Part shown: piece after piece, positions 1 to 11,132 of the stretch
Position numbering within the stretch: the stretch's first letter is position 1
Layout: the number at the start of each line of letters is the position of its first letter
From: Nemertoderma westbladi
Taxonomy: Eukaryota; Animalia; Xenacoelomorpha
Assembly (NCBI GenBank): GCA_032718475.1
Contig: JAUCBJ010000499.1
Span: forward strand, 1-38,550
Length of the DNA: 38,550 nt
Direction: 5' to 3'
Position numbers and translations under genes: made by a program
The notes under the pieces: model-generated
The model's input: the letters and a program-made list of their open reading frames with translations, nothing else
The model's database searches: none
What the model was told of the DNA's origin: nothing

Positions 1-379
1 AAGTAGCAGTACAGGCATACCGGTATGCATCTAATGCACAAAGGCATGTAATTATATATTAAAATGCGATATACAGTAGGATGAAGGATGGCGGGTATGA
101 AAGTTGTGTGATTAATTATATTAATTATAATTAATATTATTAATTAAGTCCGGTAATGATACTTATTAATATATTACATTTAAAATATTTATTGTTTGTT
201 TGTTACGTAAACAGCTAAAGGGAAAGCAGGAAGGGGTATCTCTCTAGGCCTACTGTGTACTTGTGTATATGACGAAACACTTAACATGCCCCATATAGCC
301 AGCTGATAAAGTGGAGTTTATACGATGAAGGAATATGGGAAGGTGGATGGGAATGTGGGAATTAATAAACCTTCCAATT

Positions 380-1007
380 GAAGGAAAAGAGCAGGTTACA
401 GCGGCTGTAATTTCTAACCAAAACAATAACGACGTTGTTACCTACAAATTGAGGGAAAGGAGCAGGTTACCGAGACAGGGTTTTCTAACCAAAACAATAA
501 ACGATTTTGTTACCTACCAATTGAGGGAAAGGAGAATATGTTACCGCGACGGCTTGTTTACACCCACCTTCTTACTAACCGTCCGACTGACTGATCAATA
601 GATCATCCCCCTCAAAAAATAAAGGACATCGCGCACGCACGCGCATAAAACACTTAATAAAGATAAATTTAATAAAAAATATTGACCGAAAAATGAAATC
701 TTGGTATTCTTCACATGGGCGAAGAATACCAGACTTTCTGCCATTTTATTTCACTTTGCAGTTACCCCCATGTGAAGAATACCAGGTTTTCACCAAAAAC
801 ACAGGTTACAGAAGGGCTGAATATAACCAAAAAAATAAACAAATTAGTATATGTGCAGGTTATAAGACATAAATAAGCTCTATAATACACTCAATAAAGA
901 TAACTTAAAAAAGTAAAATCTTCAAATATAAAATTCCAATAAAAGTCGACCGAAAAGTGAAATCCTGGTATTCTTCACATGGGCGGTATTCTTCACATGG
1001 ACCGGCA
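380..1007. repeat. Interspersed repeat with about 70-bp tandem modules and gtattcttcacatg motifs in both orientations
   Basis: About 2.5 modules at 380-545. The 750-985 part recurs, diverged, at about 27585-27796. Confidence 0.6.
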
Positions 1008-1214
1008 CCAAAATTTGGCACAAGCCGCTAAAAACAAATTTAAAATTTCTAGCTTATTTTATTTGAATTCCTTTTAGTTCGTTTCAGTTAGGCCTAGTCT
1101 TTTAGTTAGTATCGTTAGTTTCAGAGCGGGAGGTATTATATTGACCCCCCCCCCCCCCGGGTTTAAGGGGAATACCGGGGAAACTTCACATGCTGACATA
1201 GGCAGAAAGTCCAG

Positions 1215-1375
1215 TAGGCCTACTCATTTAGCTACCATTTAAGGATGCAAGTCAGAGATGCCTCGCTAAACCCTTCAAAACATTCGTGCCGAAACGAAAA
1301 CTACCTTGGCCCTATGCCGGGGTTGAACCCACAACCTCCGAGAGATGTGAATTCAATATAACCACTACACCAAGG
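1215..1375 (-). mobile_element. tRNA-derived SINE-like repeat
   Basis: Minus strand has A box TGGTGTAGTGG and B box GGTTCAACCCC. Body catccttaaatggtagctaaatgagta recurs near 28225-28255. Confidence 0.65.
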
Positions 1376-1891
1376 TGCGCTCTGAACCAAGGTGGAACAA
1401 GTGTCAGATACCGTCAGATCAGATCAGATCAGATAAGGACAGACGTTTTAGCCATCCTAACATACTAGAGATATCTGTGGTCGTCTGTTCCTTTAACAAC
1501 TGCAGAACTGTAGGTTTTTATCGAATTTAAATTATATTGAATTTTAAAATATCATGGGCTGATGGGATGGGGGTAAGAATACACTGACTGAATGAGGAGG
1601 GTTAAATTTCACTAAAAAATCACCCAGTGTTTTTCACAACACAGCAACAACAACAAGCTAAAAAATACCCTAGTGAATTCTAACCGGGGGGTGAAAATTC
1701 ACTAGGGCCTAGTAAATTTTAACCAGGGGGTGAAATTTTAGGGGGGTGGAAATTCTCTGCTACACCGGTGCGGTACCGGTGATTGATTTAGGTTTAGCTT
1801 TGTTAATTCTTCATTAGGCCTAATTCAGTAGGCCTAATTACTCGTTATTTCAGTATTTCTTATAAATAAAACTTAAGTTATTAACCAATTA

Positions 1892-2485
1892 ATGGCGTCA
1901 ACAACCTCTAACGCGGCGATAACCTCACAAGATAACGAAAATGCCATAAAAAGCATACAACACGTGAAATCAGACAACTCGGAACGAAACAACGTCCACT
2001 TACCGCGCCCGACGCGTAATGCCTTGGGGCTTCTAAATAACCCGAGTATAACGAGCGGGAAGGTACTCGATAACGCAAACGGACACGGCGATTGTATCGT
2101 TAAACAAGAGGGGTGCTCTCCTGTAGAAAATACAAAACCGTCACTAGTTAACGAGCCTATTACAACGGATAGTAGAATGGAAGTTGAAAAAGAGTTAATG
2201 TTTATCCCGAATAGAGAAGATCTCCTCCCTCCCCATCCAATATCGCCAGATAAACGGCCAACTAATGTTTTACGTAATGCCGGTAACTTTTTCCGTAACA
2301 TCTGTCTCCCAGCTGTTTGTAACCCCGGTTGGAAAGCTTTCCGGACGGATACCGAGTTTGTTACAGTCTCCGATGAGTCCTTGGGTTTATTCGATGTTGA
2401 CCCGTTTGGTTTTTGTTTTTCGGAAGAAGATTTATCCTGCGGTGCTACCGATATTCCTCCCCCGAATGATGAACTGGAGTACTAA
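1892..2485 (+). CDS. Securin (PTTG1)-like protein, 197 aa, single-exon ORF
   Basis: Motif order matches securin: N-terminal DNEN (KEN-box-like), D-box TRNALGLLNN at aa 41-50 (human TRKALGTVN), MEVEKELMFIP (human PEIEKFFP separase pseudo-substrate), and an acidic C-terminus ending TDIPPP. Length is about 200 aa. Securins diverge fast, so the call rests on motifs. Confidence 0.65.
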   Translation: MASTTSNAAITSQDNENAIKSIQHVKSDNSERNNVHLPRPTRNALGLLNNPSITSGKVLDNANGHGDCIVKQEGCSPVENTKPSLVNEPITTDSRMEVEKELMFIPNREDLLPPHPISPDKRPTNVLRNAGNFFRNICLPAVCNPGWKAFRTDTEFVTVSDESLGLFDVDPFGFCFSEEDLSCGATDIPPPNDELEY

Positions 2486-3772
2486 AGATGAGTACCGTAT
2501 GCCGTAACGGTAGGCGTATATAAATCGTTTTATTTGCTCGATTTTACTCGATTGTTTTTACTGGAGTTAGAACTCGTTTCAGCGAAAAGGATATATTAAA
2601 ATAAATCCCGTTTTATATGAACTTCCCTTGTTCCTTCCAGCTAGTGTTTGCAACCCAACTTAACATGTGCAATTATAAAAATGCGATTCTTCCCTAAACA
2701 ATGGTATTTATTTCAAGGGATATAGTTTATATTTGTTTTTATATTTTATTGTAAATAACATTAATTATAAGATGATTATTATCAAACAGTCAATGTGTGA
2801 CAGTGAGAATGTTTATCGCGTTAATATCCTGAGCAATGAGCACCCGAGCCTGGTAGTGGTGGATATACTTTTCTGCGCAGTTTAGAGTAGTTAGTGGTGG
2901 CCTAGTATCTAGTACATTGTAATTCAAACTGTTGTGTCATATCATAATCTAATAAATTGTATTTTAAATTTATTATATTATAAATTAGGATAGGGCTAGG
3001 GTTGATTACAGTTTTAATTCGGGGTGAAGTCTGAGATCATGAACAACTAAACAAACCTCAATAAAAAAACAAATACACCAATATTACACCGTGTTCCGGA
3101 ATATAGTATCTTAATTCAGTGACTTTCCCCGCCTTTGTTTGTCACCAATAGGAATAGCCTAACAGGAACGGGTGCTCAACAAGATATTAACTTAATAGCA
3201 TATGTTTTTATATATAATTATATTGTTGATTGTTTTATATGCAATACCGTAGAATTATACACTTTCTTCTATTGACCTTGTAATATGTTAAATGAATTGT
3301 CTGTTATAAATACATATTATATACAAATGAAGCACAGGTCCTTAATCTAAGGTCACTCGCACATTTTCACACTCACACTGAGAGGTTCTGGGAATTGGAT
3401 GCTCTGATTGGATAATACTAAACTTCGATAAAACTGACTAATCAGAAACGAGATTTTTAAATTCTCTCTAGGAACGTCCCACTCCATATCTGTGCACTTT
3501 GGAAGGGTCGAGATAATATAGCTAACTATTTATAAAAAATACGCTAGGCCTTCATTTCGGGCCAAACCCAGCAACTGCGATGGGTAATAGAATAATTATA
3601 TAATATAATAATACAAGAAGGTGGGTTTCTGTTTTTCAGTTATTCTGTTTTTTTCACAATAATAATTATTTTTCAACGAATTTAGCATCTACTACTTTAC
3701 TATATAATTTGCTTTTTCCTATTTTATGTTATTACAGCCATAACACTAACTTATTTCTACAACATCTGTACT

Positions 3773-4385
3773 GTGGGGCGAGCCACGAAGTGAGCGAAGC
3801 CTTAGCATATGGGTGCCATTGGCGAGTTCTCTGTCGTCGTCTGTCGTCGTAAATTTTTGGATTGCTAATAACTTGGTTATTCCTTGATCAAATTAAACGA
3901 AACTTGGTACGTATGTAGTCCGTCAAAAGTTTAGAAAGAATCGGAAGTTTGGTAAAAAACGAACTAACGCAACGAGTTTACAGTGGATACGAGTATCCAT
4001 CTGCCATAAATCAGCAGTTACTCTCACAGTTTCGATACTTTGCACAGTTATAAAGGTCGTTAGTCTCCGTCTAGGAAATTTATTTTAAGACAAAACAGGA
4101 CGAGCGCAACGAGAATTATGAAGGAGAAGAGTATTGTAAAACGAAAAATGTCAAACTTAACTTAAATAGACCTAGTTAGAAGGTTTATAAATGACAGTTA
4201 AAGTGCGTAAGGGCAAACTGAAATGGATCTCTGTTTTTACAACTAGTTTATCACAAACTGATAGCATCGCCTTCACTCATATATATTTTGGGAAATACGC
4301 GGTTTTCGTATATCTAATAGAGATTAGTATAATGTACTTTCTAATATAGGCTCACGTGCTGCGCGAAGGCCCCACGAACGTGTTG
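3773..4385 (+). mobile_element. Interspersed repeat, possibly Helentron-associated (HINE/DINE-1-like)
   Basis: Starts tgtggggcgagcc, has a short (gtc)/(ctgt) microsatellite near the 5' end, and ends ...gaaggccccac. An inverted copy is nearby and an end fragment occurs near 37610-37633. Confidence 0.55.
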
Positions 4386-4783
4386 TAAACTGAAAACAGA
4401 TGACCAAGTACAGTAATAGGTACGACAGTGTATAATGAATAAATGTATAAATAATAAATAAATGTATTTAATAAAGCTGGGCATTATAGAAATGGGGACA
4501 AAAAGCTATTCATACATAAACAAAATGTTCCAGAATATGGTGTATGAATAGAATAAAATAGCCTCGCGCAGGTGCAAAACCATGCAACAAATAAATTGAA
4601 CGCTCATATTTCAGCTATTCTTCAAAGAAATTCAGATTGTGTTACATATTTGGAATCCTTGCAGGGCCACCTTTCCAGTGGTGCCAACAATAAGCAATCT
4701 CATTAAGATTTGTAGACAAATTAAGGGGGGGGGGGGGGGGGGCGTGTCACTGACTTACGACACTATATTTTGGGACATGGTAG

Positions 4784-5122
4784 ACACGTTCGTGGGGCTT
4801 CCGCGGCGCAGCACGAAGTGAGCAAAGCCTTAGCATATAGAGGCTGCATTAACGAGTTGTCTGTCGATAGTCAGAAGTCGTCAACACAAATACTCGTCTC
4901 ATTTATTTGCTTCGTTGCGTTCGTTCGTTTTTTACCAAACTTCCGATTCTTTCTAAACTTTTGACGGACTACATGCGTACCAGGTTTCGCTTAATTTCAT
5001 CAAGGAATAACGAGTTATTAGCGATCCAAAAATTTACGACGACAGACGACGACGACGACAGACAACTCGTTAATGGCACCCACATGCGCTAAGGCCTTCG
5101 CTTACTTCGTGGCTCGCCCCAC
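4784..5122 (-). mobile_element. Inverted, rearranged copy of the 3773-4385 repeat
   Basis: 4910-5122 is the near reverse complement of 3773-3976. 4784-4812 is the complement of the element's other end. Confidence 0.65.
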
Positions 5123-5618
5123 AGGGGTATGCTTGGGTTTAGCGCTTCCATGGCTACACCATTAGAAAAGCAATTAAAATTACCCTTATTTCCTAATTAT
5201 TGGTTTGCTAAAATCTCATCATAAAACATCTTATTGTAAATAATACAAATTTTAATAATTATACCGTTCTAAGATGCTTGTAGAGGATATTGTGAAATTA
5301 ATGGGTGTTTTTGTTTGAATCCCAACATACCGGTACTGAAAAATATGTCTCATTACGATATAAAATTATGAAATATGTCGCTGTGTGGAATTTACCAGTG
5401 CGATATTAATTACCCAGAAATAAATAATTATTTATTTACAAAAAGTTGGTATAGAGCAGGTTTTTATCTCACGCTGATATTTTCACAAACGACCGTAGCG
5501 AGTGAGTGAAATATTGAAAAAAGGACCGTCTTAAGTTAAGAAAATGCGATTCTCTAATACAGTATAATAGGCCTATATATTATGTATGTAGATAGATAGT
5601 TTTATAGTGTATATATAG

Positions 5619-5875
5619 CAGATAGGGGCGGGGGGGGGGGGGGGGGGGGACTGGACTCAATAAAAATTCATTCCTCTCCAGGGGAAAATTACTGTCAAAA
5701 ATAAAACTGTAACCTGTTCTATTGTGTTTAGTTTATTGTTTTAGTTAAAATAATGTGCCACTGTAACCTGCTCCTTTCCCTAAATTGAGAATTTAACATC
5801 GAGGCGGGATATTAATTCGCCAAGGCGGGTTTTGTGTCCAGTTTCCCCCCCCCCCCCCCCCCCCCCCCTGTCTCA
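5619..5875. mobile_element. About 250-bp MITE with poly-G/poly-C ends, copy 1
   Basis: (G)n-actggactcaa...tgtgtccagttt-(C)n. Related copies at about 9200-9418, 16279-16531 and 26540-26803. Confidence 0.75.
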
Positions 5876-6168
5876 TATATAGTGTCACCGCGTGATATCG
5901 CAAATATAGTTTTTAATATACTGTAATAAGAACATATTATTAGTAAGTATGGTGAAAGGTTTATTGAGAAAGATATTGTGCTATATTACTTATTGTGCTA
6001 TATTGATATATTTTGATATGTTATTTTACAGGACTCATCTCCATGTGGGTATGCTTGAATCTATAATAATATTAATAATATGTCTGGTAATGTTTGTTGT
6101 TGTACTATGTACGTACAGTCTGTAACTGAGCTGAAATATGACGTGAAATTACATCTGTATCTTTATAG

Positions 6169-6357
6169 CTATTTTGAAGAATACCCGATAGTGAATGGGA
6201 AATCGAATCTTACGTTGCTGTTTATAGAGGATGCTCTTTCTTATATCGATAAGAATGTAGAGCGACAGACGCCATTCTTCCTTTACTGGGCCCCTGACTC
6301 GACTCACGCTCCTGTTTACGCGAGCTCTATGTTCTATGGGAAGAGTCGCAGAGGACG
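6169..6357 (+). CDS. GALNS: GALNS internal exon (first visible): YFEEYPIVNGKSNLT...PFFLYWAPDSTHAPVYAS...GKSRRGR
   Basis: Acceptor ctttatag ends at 6168 and donor gtgagt starts at 6358; 189 nt, phase 2-2. Peptide resembles human GALNS YYEEFPI...PFFLYWAVDATHAPVYAS...SQRGR. Confidence 0.92.
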
Positions 6358-6626
6358 GTGAGTTGATTTCTGTATATTCGGTTCAAATTGGCCCCATCTA
6401 TGTTTCATACTCAACGTCCGGTCTCACAATAAATTTAAAATTGAATATCTTGTTCCATCGCACAATAGTAAGTTTAAAACACAATTAATATCTTGTCCTG
6501 CCGGCTATCGCAGGCTATTCCACCCAGTACTACAAGTAGCAGTAATCTGATTTAAATCGCAATGCATTGCCTTGTAACATCGGGGTTGTCAATTTAAAAC
6601 ATTTTTCTTTATTTCTATATTTTATC

Positions 6627-6773
6627 ATGTAATATTATGGTTTTGTTCAGAAATATAAAAAATGAGGAAGCACGTCATCGGGGGTTGAACCGGGGCTATA
6701 CGTACGCACCCCGGTGACGTGCTTCGTGGTCGTGATTTTTTTTCAATTTCTGAACAAAACCATAATTTTACAT
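6627..6773. mobile_element. Foldback relic of a diverged relative of the 340-bp hammerhead repeat
   Basis: tgtaatattatggttttgttcagaa...cgtcatcgggggttgaacc..gctatacg matches the 340-bp unit and is followed by its own inverted copy. No CUGAUGA core remains. Confidence 0.75.
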
Positions 6774-6930
6774 AATTAATTATAATAGCATTAACAGCTC
6801 AACTCCAATTCATAAAATTTAAACATGTCGAATTTATATTTCTACTGTCATTCACTATTATGATTTATAAAAATCCTTGCGTTTTCACCCTATATACAAA
6901 TTCTGGACGCTTATTTGTCATTCAACAATG

Positions 6931-6996
6931 TTTAGTGTAAAGTTTAGTGTAAAGTTTAGAGTAAAGTTTAGTGTAAAGTTTAGTGTAAAGTTTAGT
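6931..6996. repeat. 12-bp tandem repeat (tttagtgtaaag), about 5 copies, just past the FAM169-like stop
   Basis: Visible directly. Confidence 0.85.
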
Positions 6997-7054
6997 TAAC
7001 ATGCACAAAAATAGAAAAATAGAAAACCTTTTCAGAACTAAGTCGCACTATTTA

Positions 7055-7870
7055 TTACTTAACTCTCATTTTGGAGGATTTTGTGTTTAAATTGTCATCA
7101 TCGCTCAACATCCTCTTGCGTTTAATGCGTTCCAACTGGAGCAACAGATTCGCACTGCAGAGTTGGTCGTCGAAACCTGGAGGATCACAGTAGAATAAAC
7201 GACCCTTAAGGCCGATGCAACGTTCCACCTCTAGGAGGTGCTGGCAAACTCGAGTCATTGCTCTAGAAACGGGATTACACAGAGCAACTCTCTCACCCGG
7301 AAACAAGTCAACGAAATGCACCAAAAGGGTTGTGGCGCAACCCATTCTGCGAAACCCCTTGCAGACATAAATAGTATCCAAAGTGTTTATCTGCCAGACG
7401 TCCAACACGTTAGATGTAGTTGAGGTGCAGCGCGGGTTGTATGTATAGAAACCGATCGCCGATTCATCACGCCACAGCAACGCTGCTCTCTGCGACTCCG
7501 GGTAGGGCGCATACGCTGGATCAATCGCTGGGTTTCGCTCGTTCATCATGTAAATCGCCTGGGATAGAATAAATAAACGCAGACGATCCTGGAAACAGTT
7601 GACAAATTCCACGCCATCCTGCGTTAATCTGTTGAACAAACATTGTTTCAGGGAAACCCATTCACCGTACCAATACACTCCTGAACAGTGATTGGTCGGG
7701 CACACCAATAACGTGATAATAGGTGAGTCTCCTGATTGATTGGGATATAGAGGCCTGTTTATCGCTCTCAGGGACTTATCTCCACAAACAGCACATATAC
7801 TAATTTTCACTTCCTTAAGAGGATCAGCGGAGACATCTAGTTCGACATGGGTCCATTGCACTTCAGTCAT
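7055..7870 (-). CDS. FAM169-family (GNAT-like fold) protein, 271 aa, nested antisense in a GALNS intron
   Basis: Segments LFILSQAIY, LLWRDESAIGFYT, LDTIYVCKGFRRMG and FVDLFPGERVALCNPVSRAM resemble the FAM169A/B conserved domain. Basic KRKR near the C-terminus is NLS-like. ORF is intact. Confidence 0.78.
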   Translation of the reverse strand: MTEVQWTHVELDVSADPLKEVKISICAVCGDKSLRAINRPLYPNQSGDSPIITLLVCPTNHCSGVYWYGEWVSLKQCLFNRLTQDGVEFVNCFQDRLRLFILSQAIYMMNERNPAIDPAYAPYPESQRAALLWRDESAIGFYTYNPRCTSTTSNVLDVWQINTLDTIYVCKGFRRMGCATTLLVHFVDLFPGERVALCNPVSRAMTRVCQHLLEVERCIGLKGRLFYCDPPGFDDQLCSANLLLQLERIKRKRMLSDDDNLNTKSSKMRVK

Positions 7871-8047
7871 TGCTATTTAATTATAAAACAATGATGATTA
7901 TCGAACCATTGAGGGGTGTTTAGCTGATCGGGTAGGGGAGAGTCTTGATAATCGCCTATCTTGATAATATATTAATTCTCATGACATAAATCACTGACGA
8001 AGTTAGCTAGTAAAGCATAATAAATATTACTCGCAATTTATTCTTAA

Positions 8048-8779
8048 GGGGGGGGGGGGGGGGGGGGGTACACCATTTTCGGACAACTGTTCGATTTATC
8101 ACTCTCAGCGTTTCAAAATTGTTTGATTTTGGCTAAAATTTGGCATATAGGTGCCTAAGATGCTATTCTACATGACAGGTCAGAAAATTTTTTTTTTCGC
8201 TATTTAATATTAGTTAATACTAGTTAACATCAAAAAAAACTTGGTTGCGCTTAAAACCCTAAGGCTTTTACAGTTTTGAATCTAATCACATGAAAGTTTT
8301 TTTATATGATAGATCAAAGATGGGGCAACATAACTATCAGGCGAAATTTTGTTAAAATAATTCTGCACCGCTAGGTGGCGCTGCAAATTTATGCAAATTT
8401 TTAGGTTTTTTATAAATAGTATTAAATTTTATTAACAAAAAATTTCGAAAAGTTGCCTGATACTTTTATGCAGGGTGGCTATCTAGACACCCACAGGAAG
8501 TTTCAGACTAATTACTCAAAAATTGTAGAAGTAGTAGGATTTTGAAGTTGACAATTTCATGAAAAAAATATTTGGAGATAATCGACCTTTCATTATACAT
8601 AGTAATAGTAATTTCAATAGGATTCCGTAAATGGAAATTTACATAACTTGAAAACTAAAAGAGCTATTAAATAGCGGTTTTCAGATTTAGAAACACCATT
8701 CAATGGTGCATTATAATAGACCATAAAAAAAATTTCGACATATTTTGGACCAAAATGGTGTACCCCCCCCCCCCCCCCC
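8048..8779. mobile_element. Non-autonomous DNA transposon, Kolobok-like
   Basis: TTAA-(G)n-TACACCATTTT ... AAAATGGTGTA-(C)n-TTAA. A TTAA target with GG termini fits Kolobok rather than piggyBac. Confidence 0.8.
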
Positions 8780-9199
8780 TTAAATACATTTTACAATTTA
8801 TTATTCGGTGTACTTTCTTTTCGACATAGATTTTCGACAATTTCAAAATCCATGTGATAGATAGAGAAGTGAGAAGATAATAGGAAGGGGGGGGGGGGGG
8901 GGAGGCTTGTGGTGTGGGGGTGATTCAATGCAGCAATGAATGAAGTAGGTAGGCTACATACATAATACAGGATATTTTTGGAGTTTTGTTTTCGACAGAA
9001 TTACATAAATGGCAACGTACAGATTCTAAAATTACATAGAACGAAGCCCGTCAGACATTGTTGTGAGGGGTTTATCCTTCTATGATGTATGGCCAGACGG
9101 TGATGAGTTATAACAATTAAGGATAATGAGCAGGTTACAGTGATAAGCTCTAACCAAAATAATAAACGAGTCAAGCGCACGGGTTCATTTTTTGTTCAT

Positions 9200-9418
9200 A
9201 GTGGGGATTTTCGACGCAATCGAAATTCATCCCTCTCCAGGGAAAAATCGACGCAAACAACAGCTGATTACTCTCAAAAATGAAATTGTAATCTGTTCTT
9301 TAGTTTATTGTTTTGGTTGGATAACGTGCTCCTTTCCCTTAGCAATAATTTAACATTGAGACGAGATAGGCCTATTAATTCGCCGAGATGGGATTTGCGT
9401 CAAGTTTTCCCGCTGCCT
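9200..9418. mobile_element. Poly-G/C-ended MITE family, degenerate copy
   Basis: Shares ccctctccaggggaaaa...tttagtttattgtttt...attaattcgcc with the copy at 5619-5875. Confidence 0.65.
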
Positions 9419-10165
9419 CGCAAACGGATTCTAGAAGTGACTGTCTGACCCGGCACTAACTGCTCCAAATGACCCAGAACAGAGTACACAACAGTCCAAA
9501 GTAGATAGAGAGAAGGAATATAATACAGGCAACGCCAATAAAATAAAAACTATTTCCTTATGTAATTTTTTGACCTAATTTGTGGTACATTTTATCTGCA
9601 ATCCTCCACCTAATTACTACAATGATTCAACAAATAAATTATCCAAAGCCAAAAATCTACGTGTAAAAATTCGATTAAATGGTGCTCAGTTATTAATGGA
9701 TGGTCCTTAACTCCTTAGTAAGGGTAGCACATGCATTTTGATGAAACGGATAACCGGCATAAACTGAACTGGGTTAAACCGACTCTTAACCGGGAATGGG
9801 ATCACAGTTTCCTCATGCTTTTATTGAATTACATGATTGGAGGTTTGGTGTAATGTAATTTACCTGAGGGCCACTGATAGGTTGTTTCTGTAGCATGCCG
9901 AGTAAATTATTGACGTCATGTACCGGTACACGCCCATACGATAGAGTGCAATGGAAAGGCCAAAATAATGACGCAGTTGTTAGTATAAATCAGCTGGCTT
10001 TAGAATACATTACCAATACAAATAAAGGTGAACTAAAAATAACCCAAACACCTTGCAATAAATGAACTAACAGTGCCACCTAGGCTAGGACCTCAGACGG
10101 TTGGAGCCAGGAATATAGCATATTGATTTCCAAGTCCAATGCATTACAAACTGAAAAGTGGAAAT

Positions 10166-10667
10166 CTACGGTGGTGATTTTGGTTCACTTCGTTCTTTCA
10201 ATCTTTCATTGAGTTTTTGCTTTACAGTTTTCCGCAGATTAGAAAAGCAAAAAGTTTATTATTAGATTTGCTTTCTCCTTTTCTGAAATATGTAAAGCAA
10301 AAAGTGTATTATTAGTTTTTGCTTTCTCCTTTTCAGAAATGTGTAATATTTTAATAGGCTATAGACCTATTGCTATCGGACAGTATGTAGGTCAGCTGGA
10401 CTCTAATGCCGGTAATAAACTTTTTGCTTTTCATATTTCTGAAAACGAGAAAGCAAAAACTAATATCTAAGTAAACTTTTTGCTTTACACATTTCTAAAA
10501 AGGAGAAAGCAAAAACTAATAATACACTTTTTGCTTTACATATTTCAGAAAAGGAGAAAGCAAAACTAATAATAAACTTTTGGCTTTTCATATTTGCAGA
10601 AAACTGGAAAGCAAAAACTCATGAACCTTTGAAGAAAGAACAAAGTGGCCCAAATTCACCACCGTAG
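10166..10667. mobile_element. Palindromic MITE with about 50-bp internal subrepeats
   Basis: CTACGGTGGTGA...TCACCACCGTAG termini; arms are complementary over roughly 180 bp; AAAT is duplicated on both flanks. Confidence 0.85.
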
Positions 10668-11132
10668 AAATCCGCAATGAATTACTGTAGAAGAACAAAT
10701 AATGGCTACTAGAGGTCTAGCTACGCTGACCTACTGTATAAACCGTAAACGGTTTAATAACCGTAATTCAACAAAATAAAACCTCTTCAAATCAGCCATG
10801 GGCCTTTAGGTTATTGCCTTATACTCCAGCACTTGTGCCAGCTCCTAAATGGACCTATTTATTATTGTACATGTACCTCAAATCTAATTTAATTTACGTG
10901 TCTGTTACTCATCCACTGTTTCTCTTATCTTTATTTTTAACCAACTGTACTGTATATACTGAAGGTACCTACTAAAGCCTACATTACATACAAACAGCCG
11001 GCGGTGAAAGTTTTCAATAGAAATAAATACATGTGATTTATTTTATATCCCTACAGTAGCGTACCAAAATAGTGACTTATGCAGAATCACAATCTGCTCA
11101 AGTCATCTTTTATCTGTCAAAAGTAAAGAGTG

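Noticed and set aside
1310-1375. Genuine tRNA gene
   Set aside because: A and B boxes are present, but there is no convincing cloverleaf and it continues into a body repeated near 28.2 kb, so it is treated as a SINE.
1873-2507. ORFs 1873-2301 (-) and 2265-2507 (+)
   Set aside because: They are shadow frames of the securin-like ORF with no recognisable motifs.
6080-6168. N-terminal part of ORF 6080-6361 as the GALNS start
   Set aside because: GALNS similarity begins only after the acceptor at 6168. The signal peptide and catalytic CxPSR motif are absent.
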